Counted from the stretch's first letter, positions 29,325 to 39,442 are shown. The stretch: 61,614 nucleotides of DNA from Deltaproteobacteria bacterium (GCA_947488865.1 CANLCB010000002.1:1-61614), one strand, 5' to 3'. A program made the numbers and translations. Notes: a model not told the origin generated them from the sequence alone.

Positions 29325-30827
29325 ATGGACCCGCACACGAAACTCTTTGAAGAGGTTCTGTTAGTGGAGGACGAGCCTGCGCACGCCCTGCTGATAGAAC
29401 GTGCTCTGCGAGGGCTGTGTTCTCAGGTATGTGTCTGTGGCTCGGTGGGGGCAGCACGAGCTAAGCTCGCGGAGCGCTCGTTCGAGTTGATCGTTAGCGA
29501 CCTCAATCTTCCGGATCTTCGAAGCGATGCCGTCGTTACGGCCTTGAAGGAGAGCGCGCCACAACTTCCTCTTTTAGTGCTCACTTCTTCCGCGACCTTG
29601 AGTGACGGTATCGCCGCGATGAGAGCTGGCGCGAGTGATTTCCTCGTGAAGAATTTTGACTCCTCTTTTAAGGACGTGTTGCAGCTTGCGCTTTCGCGTC
29701 TCGCCTCCGCGCTCGCGGTGGAGCGAGAGAAGCGTCAGTTAGAGAGAGATAGAGATCTGCTTAGAGAGGCCATCGAGAATAGTAACGACGGTCTTGCGGT
29801 GGCGGATGTTGATGGCGTGATCCGATATTGCAATTCTGGATTTTCGGCTTTTCTGCAAGGGCTTGGAGTGTCCTCGCAAAATATTCTCGATATTCCTCCG
29901 ACGGCTATCCTTCGAGGGTACGAGGTCGTTTCGAAGCTTCGCGAGCGCTTGCGTAATTTGGAGCCGGGAGGTGTTTGGACGGTCGAGGTTGTTAACGCGC
30001 ACGACGAGGAAGGCGCTTTTGACGTAACAGTGTCGGCGGTGAAGGATCCAGGGTCGGATCATGTCGTGTTGCTGTGGGCTCGCGATATCCGAGAACGGCG
30101 GCGTCGAGAGAAATTCCAGCGCGAGATTCTTTCTACTACTACGCATGATTTGAAAGGTCCTTTGGGCGCAATAGCAGTCTCCTGTGATGTTCTTCTGCAC
30201 AAGCCTCCCGTCGACGAGCGAGCGCACGCCCTTGTGGAGCGAATATCGAGCTCAGCGAGCTCCGCCATTCACTTGATAGAAGAGTTCTTAAGCCTTCGTC
30301 GGATGGAGGAAGGCGCGTTTGTGCTTCATCCTTCAGATGTGGACGTTCGTCCCCTTGTACACAAAGTGGTTGAGGGATTTAGGCTTTCCGCCAAGACGCG
30401 AGGGGTTGAGCTGCAGAGTCTGTGTGGTGACGAGGAGATCTCCGCGTGTATCGACCCTCTTGGTTTTGAGCGAGTTCTGTCGAATCTGATCAGTAACGCC
30501 ATTAAGTTTTCGCCCAAAGGCCAACAGGTTCAGGTGCGCCTACTTCGAGAGGGCGGAGGCGTAACGGTGGCGGTACAAGATCACGGGAGTGGCATGGAGC
30601 CTTCCGATGTTCAGCGTCTTTTTAATCGCTACGGACGACTATCCTCGCATGCTCAAGTGGCCGGAACGGGGCTTGGGCTCTTCATCGTGAAGTGCATCGT
30701 GTCAGCCCATGGCGGGTCAATAGACGTTACGTCCGCCCCTGGCAAGGGAACTACCTTTGAAGTCTTTCTCCCTGATAAGCCGCCAATGAACGAGCGGGGC
30801 GAAGTGTTGTGTCTCGACTTCGCGTAG
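29325..30827 (+). CDS. hybrid sensor histidine kinase (N-terminal receiver, PAS, HisKA, HATPase_c)
   Basis: REC: LLVEDEP...SDLNLPD...LVKNF. H-box: TTTHDLKGPL. N-box: LISNAIKFSP. G-boxes: DHGSGM and GTGLGLFIVK. ATG at 29325 preferred over the GTG at 29256. Confidence 0.88.
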   Translation: MDPHTKLFEEVLLVEDEPAHALLIERALRGLCSQVCVCGSVGAARAKLAERSFELIVSDLNLPDLRSDAVVTALKESAPQLPLLVLTSSATLSDGIAAMRAGASDFLVKNFDSSFKDVLQLALSRLASALAVEREKRQLERDRDLLREAIENSNDGLAVADVDGVIRYCNSGFSAFLQGLGVSSQNILDIPPTAILRGYEVVSKLRERLRNLEPGGVWTVEVVNAHDEEGAFDVTVSAVKDPGSDHVVLLWARDIRERRRREKFQREILSTTTHDLKGPLGAIAVSCDVLLHKPPVDERAHALVERISSSASSAIHLIEEFLSLRRMEEGAFVLHPSDVDVRPLVHKVVEGFRLSAKTRGVELQSLCGDEEISACIDPLGFERVLSNLISNAIKFSPKGQQVQVRLLREGGGVTVAVQDHGSGMEPSDVQRLFNRYGRLSSHAQVAGTGLGLFIVKCIVSAHGGSIDVTSAPGKGTTFEVFLPDKPPMNERGEVLCLDFA

Positions 30828-31213
30828 CGGATCTCTTAACGGCACCCTCTGCCGAGTTATGCTCATTCAACCTAGCCCTATTTTATTTTTAGTCATGGGG
30901 ACGTCTTTGAGCTTTGACTGGGTCTGGAACTGAGTTTTAGACCGGTTGCGAAAAGTCAGAGTCGGGTGTCTTTCAAATTCGAAGGTCGGGCAGTGGTGAT
31001 GGCTGCGACCAATTCGCTTCGTTAGTCTTGCCGCCTTGCGCTGCGGTAGTCGGTTAGCTTGAAGGTTCGGATTCGGTCTTGAGGATCTGTGCTGACAAAC
31101 GAGGTGCTAACGGACACCCTCCGGCATCTTCATAGAGGAAAATAAGAGATGAGCCTTATTTTTTATCCCTTCGTTGTGTATACAGAAGGGGTCCACATCG
31201 GAAAGGTTTAGAG

Positions 31214-32284
31214 ATGTTCTCACTTATGTTGACGGGGCGCAGTGGCGGTAAGGTAAGGGCGATCATCGTGGTGGTCGTCGCGACCATGTCCATGCTGTGC
31301 GCTTCGGCCTTCGCGATCCCTCTTGAGCTCTTTGACCAGAAGCTCGAAGTCCGCTGTGGAGAAGAGGGGCAATGTGCTCGAGCATTACGTTCTCGCTCTA
31401 CGCTTGGAGCGTACACGGGAGTCTCTGTTCGCGGGGAGGGAAGATCTTCTGGAGAGATTCAGGTAAAGGACGGAGGCTTGAAGGTTACTGCCAAGGGATC
31501 CTCCATTCACGGCGTGTATCTTTCTTGGGACAATGATACCTACCCAGAGATGCTTTCAAGTGCCGGGCTTGGATGCACAGACCTTTCGGCAGATGGAGCT
31601 TCGGCGATAGTTCTCAAAAATTTTCAGGTTCGGGGCACCTGTGGGTCGCCCGATATTGAAGGCGCGTGTTCAATCACAATAGAGACGCGAGTGTATGATT
31701 CAGCGGACCCGACCGGACAGATGTACGCCGCGTCTTTGCTTAGGATAGTTTCAGACCGAGAGCAGCGAGATCTGGTGATCCCGTTCTCGAATCTAATTCG
31801 AAAAGGGCCGCGAGGTGCTGGGCGTTTGGCGTGCGCGGGCGCCGTGTCGATCTTCGTTCGAACGTCTGGGTATTCTCGGATTGAGTGTGAAATAGGAAGT
31901 ATTTACACGAATTCGACAGAGCCACTCGTTGCCCGTTCGGTGCGAACACCTCTAGTCACTCCGACCTCGGCGTCAGCGCTCGCCGAGGCCCATGAAGCAC
32001 CCCGAAAGAGTACACCTACGCCTGTCGCGAAGACGGTGGCTGTTCCGGATGGAACAGCGATTCCTACGTTGGACGCTCCCGCTCGATCAAACCTGGAGAA
32101 GAAGCCTGTAGAAACTCCCGCCTCGGCATCTGCGCAAAATGCAACGTCGAGCGTTGTAACCGGAAGACGTACTGCTCGAGACGCGTTCCCAGAGGTGGGC
32201 CCTGAGAAGCTCCCCGTTCCTAAGCGCTCCAATCCCGTAAGCCACCAGGACGAGGCCGTTTATGGCGAGGTTATTCGCCAGTAG
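31214..32284 (+). CDS. hypothetical secreted protein with Pro/Thr/Ala-rich C-terminal region
   Basis: 356 aa. Signal-peptide-like N-terminus (AIIVVVVATMSMLCASAFA). C-terminal ~110 aa are low-complexity P/T/A/S-rich. Confidence 0.6.
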   Translation: MFSLMLTGRSGGKVRAIIVVVVATMSMLCASAFAIPLELFDQKLEVRCGEEGQCARALRSRSTLGAYTGVSVRGEGRSSGEIQVKDGGLKVTAKGSSIHGVYLSWDNDTYPEMLSSAGLGCTDLSADGASAIVLKNFQVRGTCGSPDIEGACSITIETRVYDSADPTGQMYAASLLRIVSDREQRDLVIPFSNLIRKGPRGAGRLACAGAVSIFVRTSGYSRIECEIGSIYTNSTEPLVARSVRTPLVTPTSASALAEAHEAPRKSTPTPVAKTVAVPDGTAIPTLDAPARSNLEKKPVETPASASAQNATSSVVTGRRTARDAFPEVGPEKLPVPKRSNPVSHQDEAVYGEVIRQ

Positions 32285-32329
32285 GGTTCGTGGACTATAG
32301 GCCGGAGGGCGTGGTAGTCTTTGAACGCT

Positions 32330-33556
32330 ATGCCAAAAGAGTTCAACATTCCCCGTTCGTATCGCTCAGATATCATCGGAGAGATTAAGAAGAAGCGCGC
32401 CGCTGAGGATTCTCGAAAGGAGGACTTGCGGGCGTCTGTGCTCGATCTCGGTCCCGTAGTCTTTCATATCGCGAGATTCTTCGGATTTTGTTACGGCGTT
32501 GAGAACGCGATTGAGATCGCCTACCGAGCGTTGGAAGAGAATCCTGGCAAGCGGATCTTCTTGTTGAGCGAGATGATTCACAATCCTCATGTGAACTCAG
32601 ACTTGCTAAGTCGAGGTGTGCAGTTTTTACAAACAGCGGAGGGTGAGCAGCTCATGCCATTTTCTGAGTTGAGTTCTGATGACGTTGTTATAGTTCCAGC
32701 TTTCGGAACGACTAAAGAGATCTTCGACGCGTTGTTAAAGCTTGGCATAGATCCTCAGAGCTACAACGCGACCTGCCCTTTCGTAGAAAAGGTGTGGAAG
32801 CGCGGGCGGCAGCTCGCGCAGCAGGGGTACACGATCGTAATTCACGGGAAGCATACCCATGAGGAAACTCGTGCTACGTTCTCCCATATTCGTTTGAATG
32901 GCCCCAGTGTCGTGGTTCGAGACAAAGCGGAGGCTCTCCGACTGTGCTCGTACATCAAGGGAGAGCTTCCTCTGAGTCAATTCCAAACGGATTTTGCCAG
33001 CAAGTTCTCGGAAGGATTTGACCCGGAAGTTCATTTGCAACGACTGGGTGTTGTTAATCAGACCACGATGTTGGCTGAGGAGACCCATGAGATAGCAGGG
33101 CTCGTAAAAGATGCTTTAGGCGTGAAGTACGGTGAGGGCGCGGTGGGTAACCACTATGCGGACACCCGAGACACTCTTTGTTACGCCACCTCAGAGAATC
33201 AGCGCGCGATGAAGGGGTTGCTTGAGGACCAGGCGGACCTGGCAATAGTTGTTGGTGGGTACAACTCATCCAATACATCTCATCTTGTTGAGCTATGTGA
33301 GGGGAAGCTTCCTGTCTATTACGTGAAGGACGCGGGAGAGATCGAGAGCGCTCAAGAGATTCGTCACTTGTCCCTTGAGACCAAGAGTGTGGAAGTCACA
33401 AAGAATTGGCTTCCAGTCAAAGAGAAGGCTCACATCCTTATCTCAGCGGGAGCGAGTTGTCCTGACGCGATGGTTGAGGCGGTTATCGCTAGGATCGCGA
33501 GCCTGTATCCGAGCGCCATGTCTCTTGCGTCAGCGCCTCAAGCGGCTCGCGGATAG
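32330..33556 (+). CDS. ispH: 4-hydroxy-3-methylbut-2-enyl diphosphate reductase (long-form IspH/LytB)
   Basis: FGFCYGVENAI, SEMIHNPHVN, ATCPFVEKVW, IHGKHTHEET and NSSNTSHL are the three Cys-containing segments and conserved motifs of IspH. ATG at 32330 preferred. Confidence 0.88.
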   Translation: MPKEFNIPRSYRSDIIGEIKKKRAAEDSRKEDLRASVLDLGPVVFHIARFFGFCYGVENAIEIAYRALEENPGKRIFLLSEMIHNPHVNSDLLSRGVQFLQTAEGEQLMPFSELSSDDVVIVPAFGTTKEIFDALLKLGIDPQSYNATCPFVEKVWKRGRQLAQQGYTIVIHGKHTHEETRATFSHIRLNGPSVVVRDKAEALRLCSYIKGELPLSQFQTDFASKFSEGFDPEVHLQRLGVVNQTTMLAEETHEIAGLVKDALGVKYGEGAVGNHYADTRDTLCYATSENQRAMKGLLEDQADLAIVVGGYNSSNTSHLVELCEGKLPVYYVKDAGEIESAQEIRHLSLETKSVEVTKNWLPVKEKAHILISAGASCPDAMVEAVIARIASLYPSAMSLASAPQAARG

Positions 33557-33574
33557 GAGCGCTGCTCTATCTTG

Positions 33575-34426
33575 TTAGGGCTCGCGCGCTGATGCAATCA
33601 ACGGCGACACATCGTGAGCTTCCGCGCAGGAAATGTCGGTGTTTGGTGTGAAAAGGTTTCGGCACGTTTTTATCGTGGTTTTGATGCTTCGCGCTCCCAG
33701 ATAGGCGTTCTTAAAAAGGGGGTTAAGGAGCTGTCGCGAGGTGCAGTCTCTGTAAGTTGCGGCGATAGTCTTAAAGCTCGTGCACGCGACGGGCATGCGA
33801 AGAAACTGTCGTATGGTCCGTAGCTTCGCCGGAGTGATCTCATTGGTGTGAAGACAGATGGTAAATACGCCTGTAAGCATTTTCTTTGGGGTCCAAAGCT
33901 GTTGGGGAACGAAGAGAAGTCCAGAGCTTTTGAAGGGGAAAAGCGCCACGTCATCAGATACCGCCGTAAATCCCGCGGCGCGTAAAGCCCGTAATGTGTT
34001 CCGATCGAACGAGTGATTCGGAGCGAAGAAGTAGGAAGTGTAGATCCCGTTGTCTTGAAGGATGGCTTGTCCTTTTTTGAGACGAGCAAGTTGCTCCGGG
34101 TATGGAAGTCCCGTGAATTCGGAACGCTCGACGGTTGCGCCGTGGGTCGCTTTGAGAAGCGCTGACTCCTTGGGGATATGAAGCTGGTGTTGATAGCCGT
34201 GCTGGGCCACATCAACCAATCCCTTGTTGATCAACATTCGCATCGTATCCCAAAACTGAGGATCTGGTTTTTGGCAGTTGAGATTGGGATCTTGGTTGTC
34301 GGGAACGATGCCGAGGAGTGGCTTTACTCGGTGTCTATTCAGAAGGTTCAGCACAGACCAAAAACGTCCCCAGTTCATAGAGGGAGTAATGTCATCCATC
34401 CTAAAGATATACTGAGCTTCTGACAT
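33575..34426 (-). CDS. DUF2334 / polysaccharide-deacetylase-like protein
   Basis: 283 aa. N-terminal FRMDDITPSMNW...LLGIVPDN and later QHGYQH are typical of the DUF2334 (NodB-related) family. Its ATG overlaps the upstream stop (TAATG). Confidence 0.6.
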   Translation of the reverse strand: MSEAQYIFRMDDITPSMNWGRFWSVLNLLNRHRVKPLLGIVPDNQDPNLNCQKPDPQFWDTMRMLINKGLVDVAQHGYQHQLHIPKESALLKATHGATVERSEFTGLPYPEQLARLKKGQAILQDNGIYTSYFFAPNHSFDRNTLRALRAAGFTAVSDDVALFPFKSSGLLFVPQQLWTPKKMLTGVFTICLHTNEITPAKLRTIRQFLRMPVACTSFKTIAATYRDCTSRQLLNPLFKNAYLGARSIKTTIKTCRNLFTPNTDISCAEAHDVSPLIASAREP

Positions 34427-35178
34427 TAGCGCCTCCTAGCGAACGGAGCGATGAGGCGACCGAGTTGAGATTGTGGGATGAAACCGTTGTACTCAATGAC
34501 TGGTTCTCCGCCGAATTCCAGTTTAAAGCGAGCGATATCCATCTTTGCTTTGTCTGTCTCGTCCAGAGGTATCCCGCCGAGGTCGTAGGACCGTAGGCCT
34601 TCCTGCTTAAGAGAAAGGATCTCAAACCAGTGCAGAAGTCGATTCGCCATGCCTATTTTGTTTCGGGCGTTGGGGTCGTTGAGGCCGCGAAAGTGAGAGG
34701 CTGAGTAGAGAAGACGGGCGCGGCCAATTTCACCGTCCTTTACGTATGCGTGAGCCGCGAGCAGGTTGCCCTCTTGATCTGATACGGAAGAAAGAATGAG
34801 CGATCCGGTTGTGGCGAGAGCTCGTAGTTTTACCCTGTTGCACAATGGTAATTTCTTCTGAGTCGCGAACGTATCGTAGTACAAGGCGTAGAGAGTAGCT
34901 TCATGGGGTGTAGGATTCAGGGAAATTCGAGGAGAAAAGCCCTCTCTCTCCGCGCGTTTAATCTTGTAATGTGTGCTTTTGGAAATAGCCTTCGAGAGAG
35001 AATCGGTTGATTTGGTGAGATCAACGACCTGAGTCTTAAAAGGGACGAGATTGGGGTGGGGGTGTTTCGCCTGAACGTAAAAGCGCAGAGTTGCGGACGT
35101 GCTTGTTGAGGAGAGGTTCTCGGCGAAATAAATTTCGTTGATGCTAATGCCGAATTTCTTTCTTGTAATTGAGATCAT
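34426..35178 (-). CDS. FemAB-like (aminoacyl-tRNA-dependent transferase fold) / GNAT-related protein
   Basis: 250 aa. The C-terminal IARFKLEFGGEPVIEY resembles the FemAB/MurM-family (r/k)FKxgFGG motif. Coupled to both neighbours by ATGA and TAATG overlaps. Confidence 0.5.
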   Translation of the reverse strand: MISITRKKFGISINEIYFAENLSSTSTSATLRFYVQAKHPHPNLVPFKTQVVDLTKSTDSLSKAISKSTHYKIKRAEREGFSPRISLNPTPHEATLYALYYDTFATQKKLPLCNRVKLRALATTGSLILSSVSDQEGNLLAAHAYVKDGEIGRARLLYSASHFRGLNDPNARNKIGMANRLLHWFEILSLKQEGLRSYDLGGIPLDETDKAKMDIARFKLEFGGEPVIEYNGFIPQSQLGRLIAPFARRR

Positions 35179-35855
35179 AAGGAGGCCTCCGCGAGAGGGG
35201 GGAATGGGATCGCAAGTCTTCCGGATGGCGACGCGTGGTCGAGTGGCTCCAAGGAGACACTCCTAAAGAGTCCACCGAGGAAGGATGATTCTTTGCGGTT
35301 GGCGAATCGAGAAAAGCCCACCCTCTGCAGTTCTGTTGTAATCCGAGACTCGGTTGGTTCAACGAATGTGATGAGCTCTCGAGTTCCTTCGTTGGCGGCG
35401 TAGCGCACAACACATTGAAGGATCTGCGAGACCACTCCGCGTCGGCGGTAGAGAGGGTGTGTGTACGCGTGCCCCATGATGGCCTGTCCTGTGCGAAGAA
35501 AAGGAATGGAGACGTGGTCGGGAATGAGGCCGGAATCGCCTTGAGGATGGCGTGCGAACCAGAAGAAGAAGCATGGGGTTCCTGTGCCTTTATCCACGAC
35601 CACTTTGCAATGTGATGGATCCTGTTTGAGTATGTTACGCCGAGAGTTTATGAGGCTCGATTCATCGGCGTCGATTCCTGATTGATATGTGGGAAGTATG
35701 CGAGGCATGTCCGACGGGCGGATGTCGCGCACTTCGAGAATTGCCGGAGTGTTGGGAAAACGTGCTTGTAAGGGAAAGCATCTCATTCCCAGAGCGGTTG
35801 TCCGATCTTTGAGGCGCTGGCGCCATATGGTGGCGAAAAAGGATTGTTCCTTCAT
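35175..35855 (-). CDS. GNAT family N-acetyltransferase
   Basis: 226 aa. Acetyl-CoA motif A-like HPLYRRRGVVSQILQCVVRYAANEG. Confidence 0.7.
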   Translation of the reverse strand: MKEQSFFATIWRQRLKDRTTALGMRCFPLQARFPNTPAILEVRDIRPSDMPRILPTYQSGIDADESSLINSRRNILKQDPSHCKVVVDKGTGTPCFFFWFARHPQGDSGLIPDHVSIPFLRTGQAIMGHAYTHPLYRRRGVVSQILQCVVRYAANEGTRELITFVEPTESRITTELQRVGFSRFANRKESSFLGGLFRSVSLEPLDHASPSGRLAIPFPPLAEASL

Positions 35856-36149
35856 ATCGGTTATCGATGCGAAAAGGATAAAAAGTGGAGGTTCATAGGC
35901 TGTTCTCGATGGTGGAAATTGATACTTCAGAAGCTATTCGGCTACCATGAGCGCCAACAGGAGCAGGGGACAATTGTAGGCGCGGGGGGCAGACTTTTGC
36001 GTTGCTCTGAGGCTCTGAAAAAGTGATTTGTCCTCCCAAAGTGGGAGTTTGTAGGGGATGGCGGGTTTGGAAAATATCAGTGTGCCCCTCCCCGTCAGGT
36101 GTATTTTGTGGCAAACTCCGGCTCATCGCTTTGCTTAAAAGGGAGTCTT

Positions 36150-37133
36150 ATGAAATCACTGGATGTCTGCGGAGTCTGCAACGGAATCGTCGATATTTTC
36201 TCGGATATCTCGGAAGGTGATTTTGGAGGGCTCGGCTTTGAGAAGGGGACCATGCGTCTGGTCCAGGCGGAGGAGCAGAAAGATCTGCTTAATCGGGTCG
36301 GAGCGAAGAGCCCTATTATGCGCAGTGGTGGGTCGGTCGCGAACTCAATGATCACGATTGCTCAGCTTGGTGGTAAAAGCGCCGTTTGCTGCAACTTGGC
36401 TGATGATGAGTATGGCCGGTTCTACCGTGATGAATGCCTCTCGCTCGGAATGAAGGTACCGGTGCCGCTCGCTAAGGCGGGCGCGACAGGGACCTGTGTC
36501 GTTCTTGTAACTCCAGATGCCGAGCGCACGATGAGAACAGCCCTTGGGGCGAGTGTTGAGCTTGCGCCCCACCACATTGATTCCCAGGTGGTAGCTGATT
36601 CCAAGTGGTTGTTTGTCGAAGGGTACGTATTCTCAAATTCTGACGCTGGCCGAGACGCTATTAAAGAGTCCGTTCGTGTAGCGAAGGAGTCCGGTACGAA
36701 GATCGCGATTACCTGTTCCGATGCTTGGATTGTGCATGGGTTCGGAGCCCATCTCAATGAGGCGCTTGAGCATGCTCATCTTATTTTCGCCAACGAGGAA
36801 GAGTCCTCAGCTTTGGCGGGCGCTTCAGATATCCTTACAGCGGGTCGGACGTTAAAGGATCGATTCCCTCATGTTGTTTTGACGGCTGGGCCTCGGGGCG
36901 CTTACATCTGGTGGGAGGGCGAGGAGCTTCATGTTCCAGCGTTTCCATGCGAACCCCGTGATGTGACGGGCGCTGGCGATACCTTCGCCGGGTCTTTCCT
37001 CTACGGCATTACCCGTGGACTAAAGCCCCAAGATGCGGCTCACAGGGCGTGTTTCTTGGCTCGTCATGTGATCGCTCAGGTCGGGGCGCGATTGACTGGG
37101 GATGTTAAGGCTCTCTGGCACAACGTAGGCTAG
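36150..37133 (+). CDS. PfkB-family carbohydrate/adenosine kinase
   Basis: C-terminal PfkB signature DVTGAGDTFAGSFLYG and N-terminal GGSVANS. ATG at 36150 has GGGAG upstream and is preferred over the GTG at 36099. Confidence 0.85.
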   Translation: MKSLDVCGVCNGIVDIFSDISEGDFGGLGFEKGTMRLVQAEEQKDLLNRVGAKSPIMRSGGSVANSMITIAQLGGKSAVCCNLADDEYGRFYRDECLSLGMKVPVPLAKAGATGTCVVLVTPDAERTMRTALGASVELAPHHIDSQVVADSKWLFVEGYVFSNSDAGRDAIKESVRVAKESGTKIAITCSDAWIVHGFGAHLNEALEHAHLIFANEEESSALAGASDILTAGRTLKDRFPHVVLTAGPRGAYIWWEGEELHVPAFPCEPRDVTGAGDTFAGSFLYGITRGLKPQDAAHRACFLARHVIAQVGARLTGDVKALWHNVG

Positions 37134-37372
37134 CCCCACACAAAAGGGCTAGTTTGAGGTCCTAAGGCAGTCACGAGGGGGTAGGTACGGGTTGGTATCG
37201 GTTCTTAAGTGGCCGATATTGCTAGGCTCTGTTTGCATAGCAATTTGTTGCGCCTTACCATGTCACATCGGTAGCCCGATCTATCCATATCCCTAGAGAA
37301 CAAATCCGAGCTTACTGCTTGGAATAGGGGCAGGGTGCCGTATACGGTGCTTTTGATTGCGACAAGGATTGC

Positions 37373-38554
37373 ATGTCAAACTTTCAAGATAGCAGATTTT
37401 TGGGATTCTCCGGCCGCACGCTGGTTGTCACGTTTGTGATTGTGGCGGTAGTGGTGGGGCTCTTCTTTATCCCCGAGACGATTAAGTTCGCGTTGAACTC
37501 GAAGAGGTCCGGAGGAGCTAAGGTTGCTTCCAAGGCCGTGGTAGAGCGTCGCTCTGACCCTGATCGCGCTGGATTATCTCCAGAAGCTCTGCAGGCGATC
37601 AGTTCGAGTGTGTCCAGCTCCAATGTGGCGAAGACCTCCGCGCCAGCGCCGAAGCGATCGAGTGAATCTGATGATGGGGATCGTCCAGGACTGTTCTCGG
37701 GGTGGAATTTTAGAGTGAAAGCGGGGGAGCCCGGTGGTAGTGGAGTTCAGATGCCATCGAATCTCTCGATTGAGAAGATTGGGAGTAAGGATTTCCTTGG
37801 TCTCGTTAAGCGCAGCAGAGGGGATGTTAAGAGATTTTTAACGAAGAATGCTCCGAAGAATGCGGAGCTTGAGGATATTACCTCAACGTTCCTTGATCAG
37901 TTAGAGCTCGCCAGTCGTGATAGCGCGAGGGGGATGTCGACGAATGAGCTCACGGACGGGCTTGTGGAGCTTCACGTTAGCACGATTAAAGCGCTGGCTC
38001 ATGCGGGCGCCGATAGGGGTGTCGTGATGGAGTGGTTGAAACTTCCTATCGTTGCCTTTGTGGACGATAAGGTCGGTCTTCACGGAATGGAGAAGGTGCG
38101 TTCCTACTTCGCGCCTCCGATGACGCTTTCAACAGTTTCTGTTCGTCAGAAGCGATCTGGAGGCTGGGGTGCTGATGGTCGTTCTCCTGTAACGCTATCG
38201 GCTGAAATCACAGTGAATGGTTCTGATGTCGACCGAATAGTAGTCTTCAATAACGGTAGACAGGTTGCCCAGAGCGCGGGCGTTCGCTCTGTCAAAGAGG
38301 GTGGCAAGAAAGTCCGCATGCGTGGAGACGCTGCTGGAGTTTGGACTGTAGTGGCGTACGACAAGTTTGGCGCGAAACCGTTCTGGAAGAGCTACTCATT
38401 TTATCCGCGAGTTAATCGGTTTCCGCAGAGCCGTAACGGTGAGTATGTCATCGCCTTCGCGCCTCAAAGCGCGCCACGGTCCCTCGACCGATTCTTTGTG
38501 GTTGGAAGCTCAAGGTTGAGACAGTCCTCTGACTCGATGATCTCTGTATTTTAA
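37373..38554 (+). CDS. hypothetical membrane-anchored protein
   Basis: 393 aa. One N-terminal TM helix (LVVTFVIVAVVVGLFFI). N-terminus MSNFQDSRF resembles the ORF at 6140. No recognised domain. Confidence 0.6.
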   Translation: MSNFQDSRFLGFSGRTLVVTFVIVAVVVGLFFIPETIKFALNSKRSGGAKVASKAVVERRSDPDRAGLSPEALQAISSSVSSSNVAKTSAPAPKRSSESDDGDRPGLFSGWNFRVKAGEPGGSGVQMPSNLSIEKIGSKDFLGLVKRSRGDVKRFLTKNAPKNAELEDITSTFLDQLELASRDSARGMSTNELTDGLVELHVSTIKALAHAGADRGVVMEWLKLPIVAFVDDKVGLHGMEKVRSYFAPPMTLSTVSVRQKRSGGWGADGRSPVTLSAEITVNGSDVDRIVVFNNGRQVAQSAGVRSVKEGGKKVRMRGDAAGVWTVVAYDKFGAKPFWKSYSFYPRVNRFPQSRNGEYVIAFAPQSAPRSLDRFFVVGSSRLRQSSDSMISVF

Positions 38555-38587
38555 GGGACGTTTACCTACCGTCGATGGGTAGCGATA

Positions 38588-38609
38588 AGGCGGATCTTTC
38601 GATCCGCCT
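38588..38609. terminator. hairpin between convergent genes (no clear U-tract)
   Basis: AGGCGGATC-TTTC-GATCCGCCT, a perfect 9-bp stem. Confidence 0.4.
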
Positions 38610-38617
38610 AGCGGTCT

Positions 38618-39379
38618 CTAAACCGGTGTCGCTTCGGCGATCTTCACCAGGTCGAGCCACTGCTCAAGCTTGATGCTCGCGCCTCCCACGAGCGCACCGT
38701 GTACTTCTTTCAGAGCGAGGATGTCGGCAAAGTTTGAAGGATTTACACTGCCACCGTACAGAATCACCGCGGACCCTGGGAGGTTGAACGAAGTCCAGAC
38801 GCGTTGAATAAACTGGTGAGCTCCTCGGATGTCATCGAGTGAGGCCACGCGACCGGTTCCGATAGCCCACACTGGCTCGTACGCGATAATAACTGACTTT
38901 GCGGTTTCTTGGGTAAGTTTAGCGAGGACAGGGTTAAGCTGTCCTTCCAGAACCTTCTCCATTCGACCCTCGTTTCGCTCGGACTCTGTTTCTCCAACGC
39001 ACGCGATTACCTCAAGACCTGCCGCAATAGCTCCGGCGGTTCGTTGGGCCACTTGGTCGGAAGTCTCGCCGAAGTAGGTTCGACGTTCTGAGTGTCCGGT
39101 GAGCGCGAATGTCGCCTCGAGTTCTGTGAGGAATGATGGCGCTGTTTCTCCCGTGAACGCGCCGGACTCGGCCCAGTGCACGTTTTGAGCGCCTACGCTA
39201 AGGAGGGATCCTTTGAGCTCTGTAGCCACGATCGGAAGGCTCGCGAATGGAGGCGCTACCCACACATCGGTTCGCGCGAGATTGGTTATCGACTCGCGAA
39301 GTTGACGGGCGTAGCTGCTGCCTTGGCGAGGCCCGAGGTTCATCTTCCAGTTTCCGACGAGGAGGTGTTTAGATCGCAT
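38618..39379 (-). CDS. tpiA: triosephosphate isomerase
   Basis: 253 aa, VGNWKMN, LTGHSERR, AYEPVWAIGTG. Confidence 0.97.
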   Translation of the reverse strand: MRSKHLLVGNWKMNLGPRQGSSYARQLRESITNLARTDVWVAPPFASLPIVATELKGSLLSVGAQNVHWAESGAFTGETAPSFLTELEATFALTGHSERRTYFGETSDQVAQRTAGAIAAGLEVIACVGETESERNEGRMEKVLEGQLNPVLAKLTQETAKSVIIAYEPVWAIGTGRVASLDDIRGAHQFIQRVWTSFNLPGSAVILYGGSVNPSNFADILALKEVHGALVGGASIKLEQWLDLVKIAEATPV

Positions 39380-39404
39380 GGTGTAAAGTCCGAAAGGTTG
39401 GGGG

Positions 39405-39442
39405 ATAAAAAATGAGGGGCCTCGTTTTCACGAAAGCCCCTC
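39405..39442 (-). terminator. Rho-independent terminator after gap
   Basis: On the minus strand, GAGGGGC...GCCCCTC (39414-39420 / 39436-39442) is followed by ATTTTTTAT. Confidence 0.7.
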
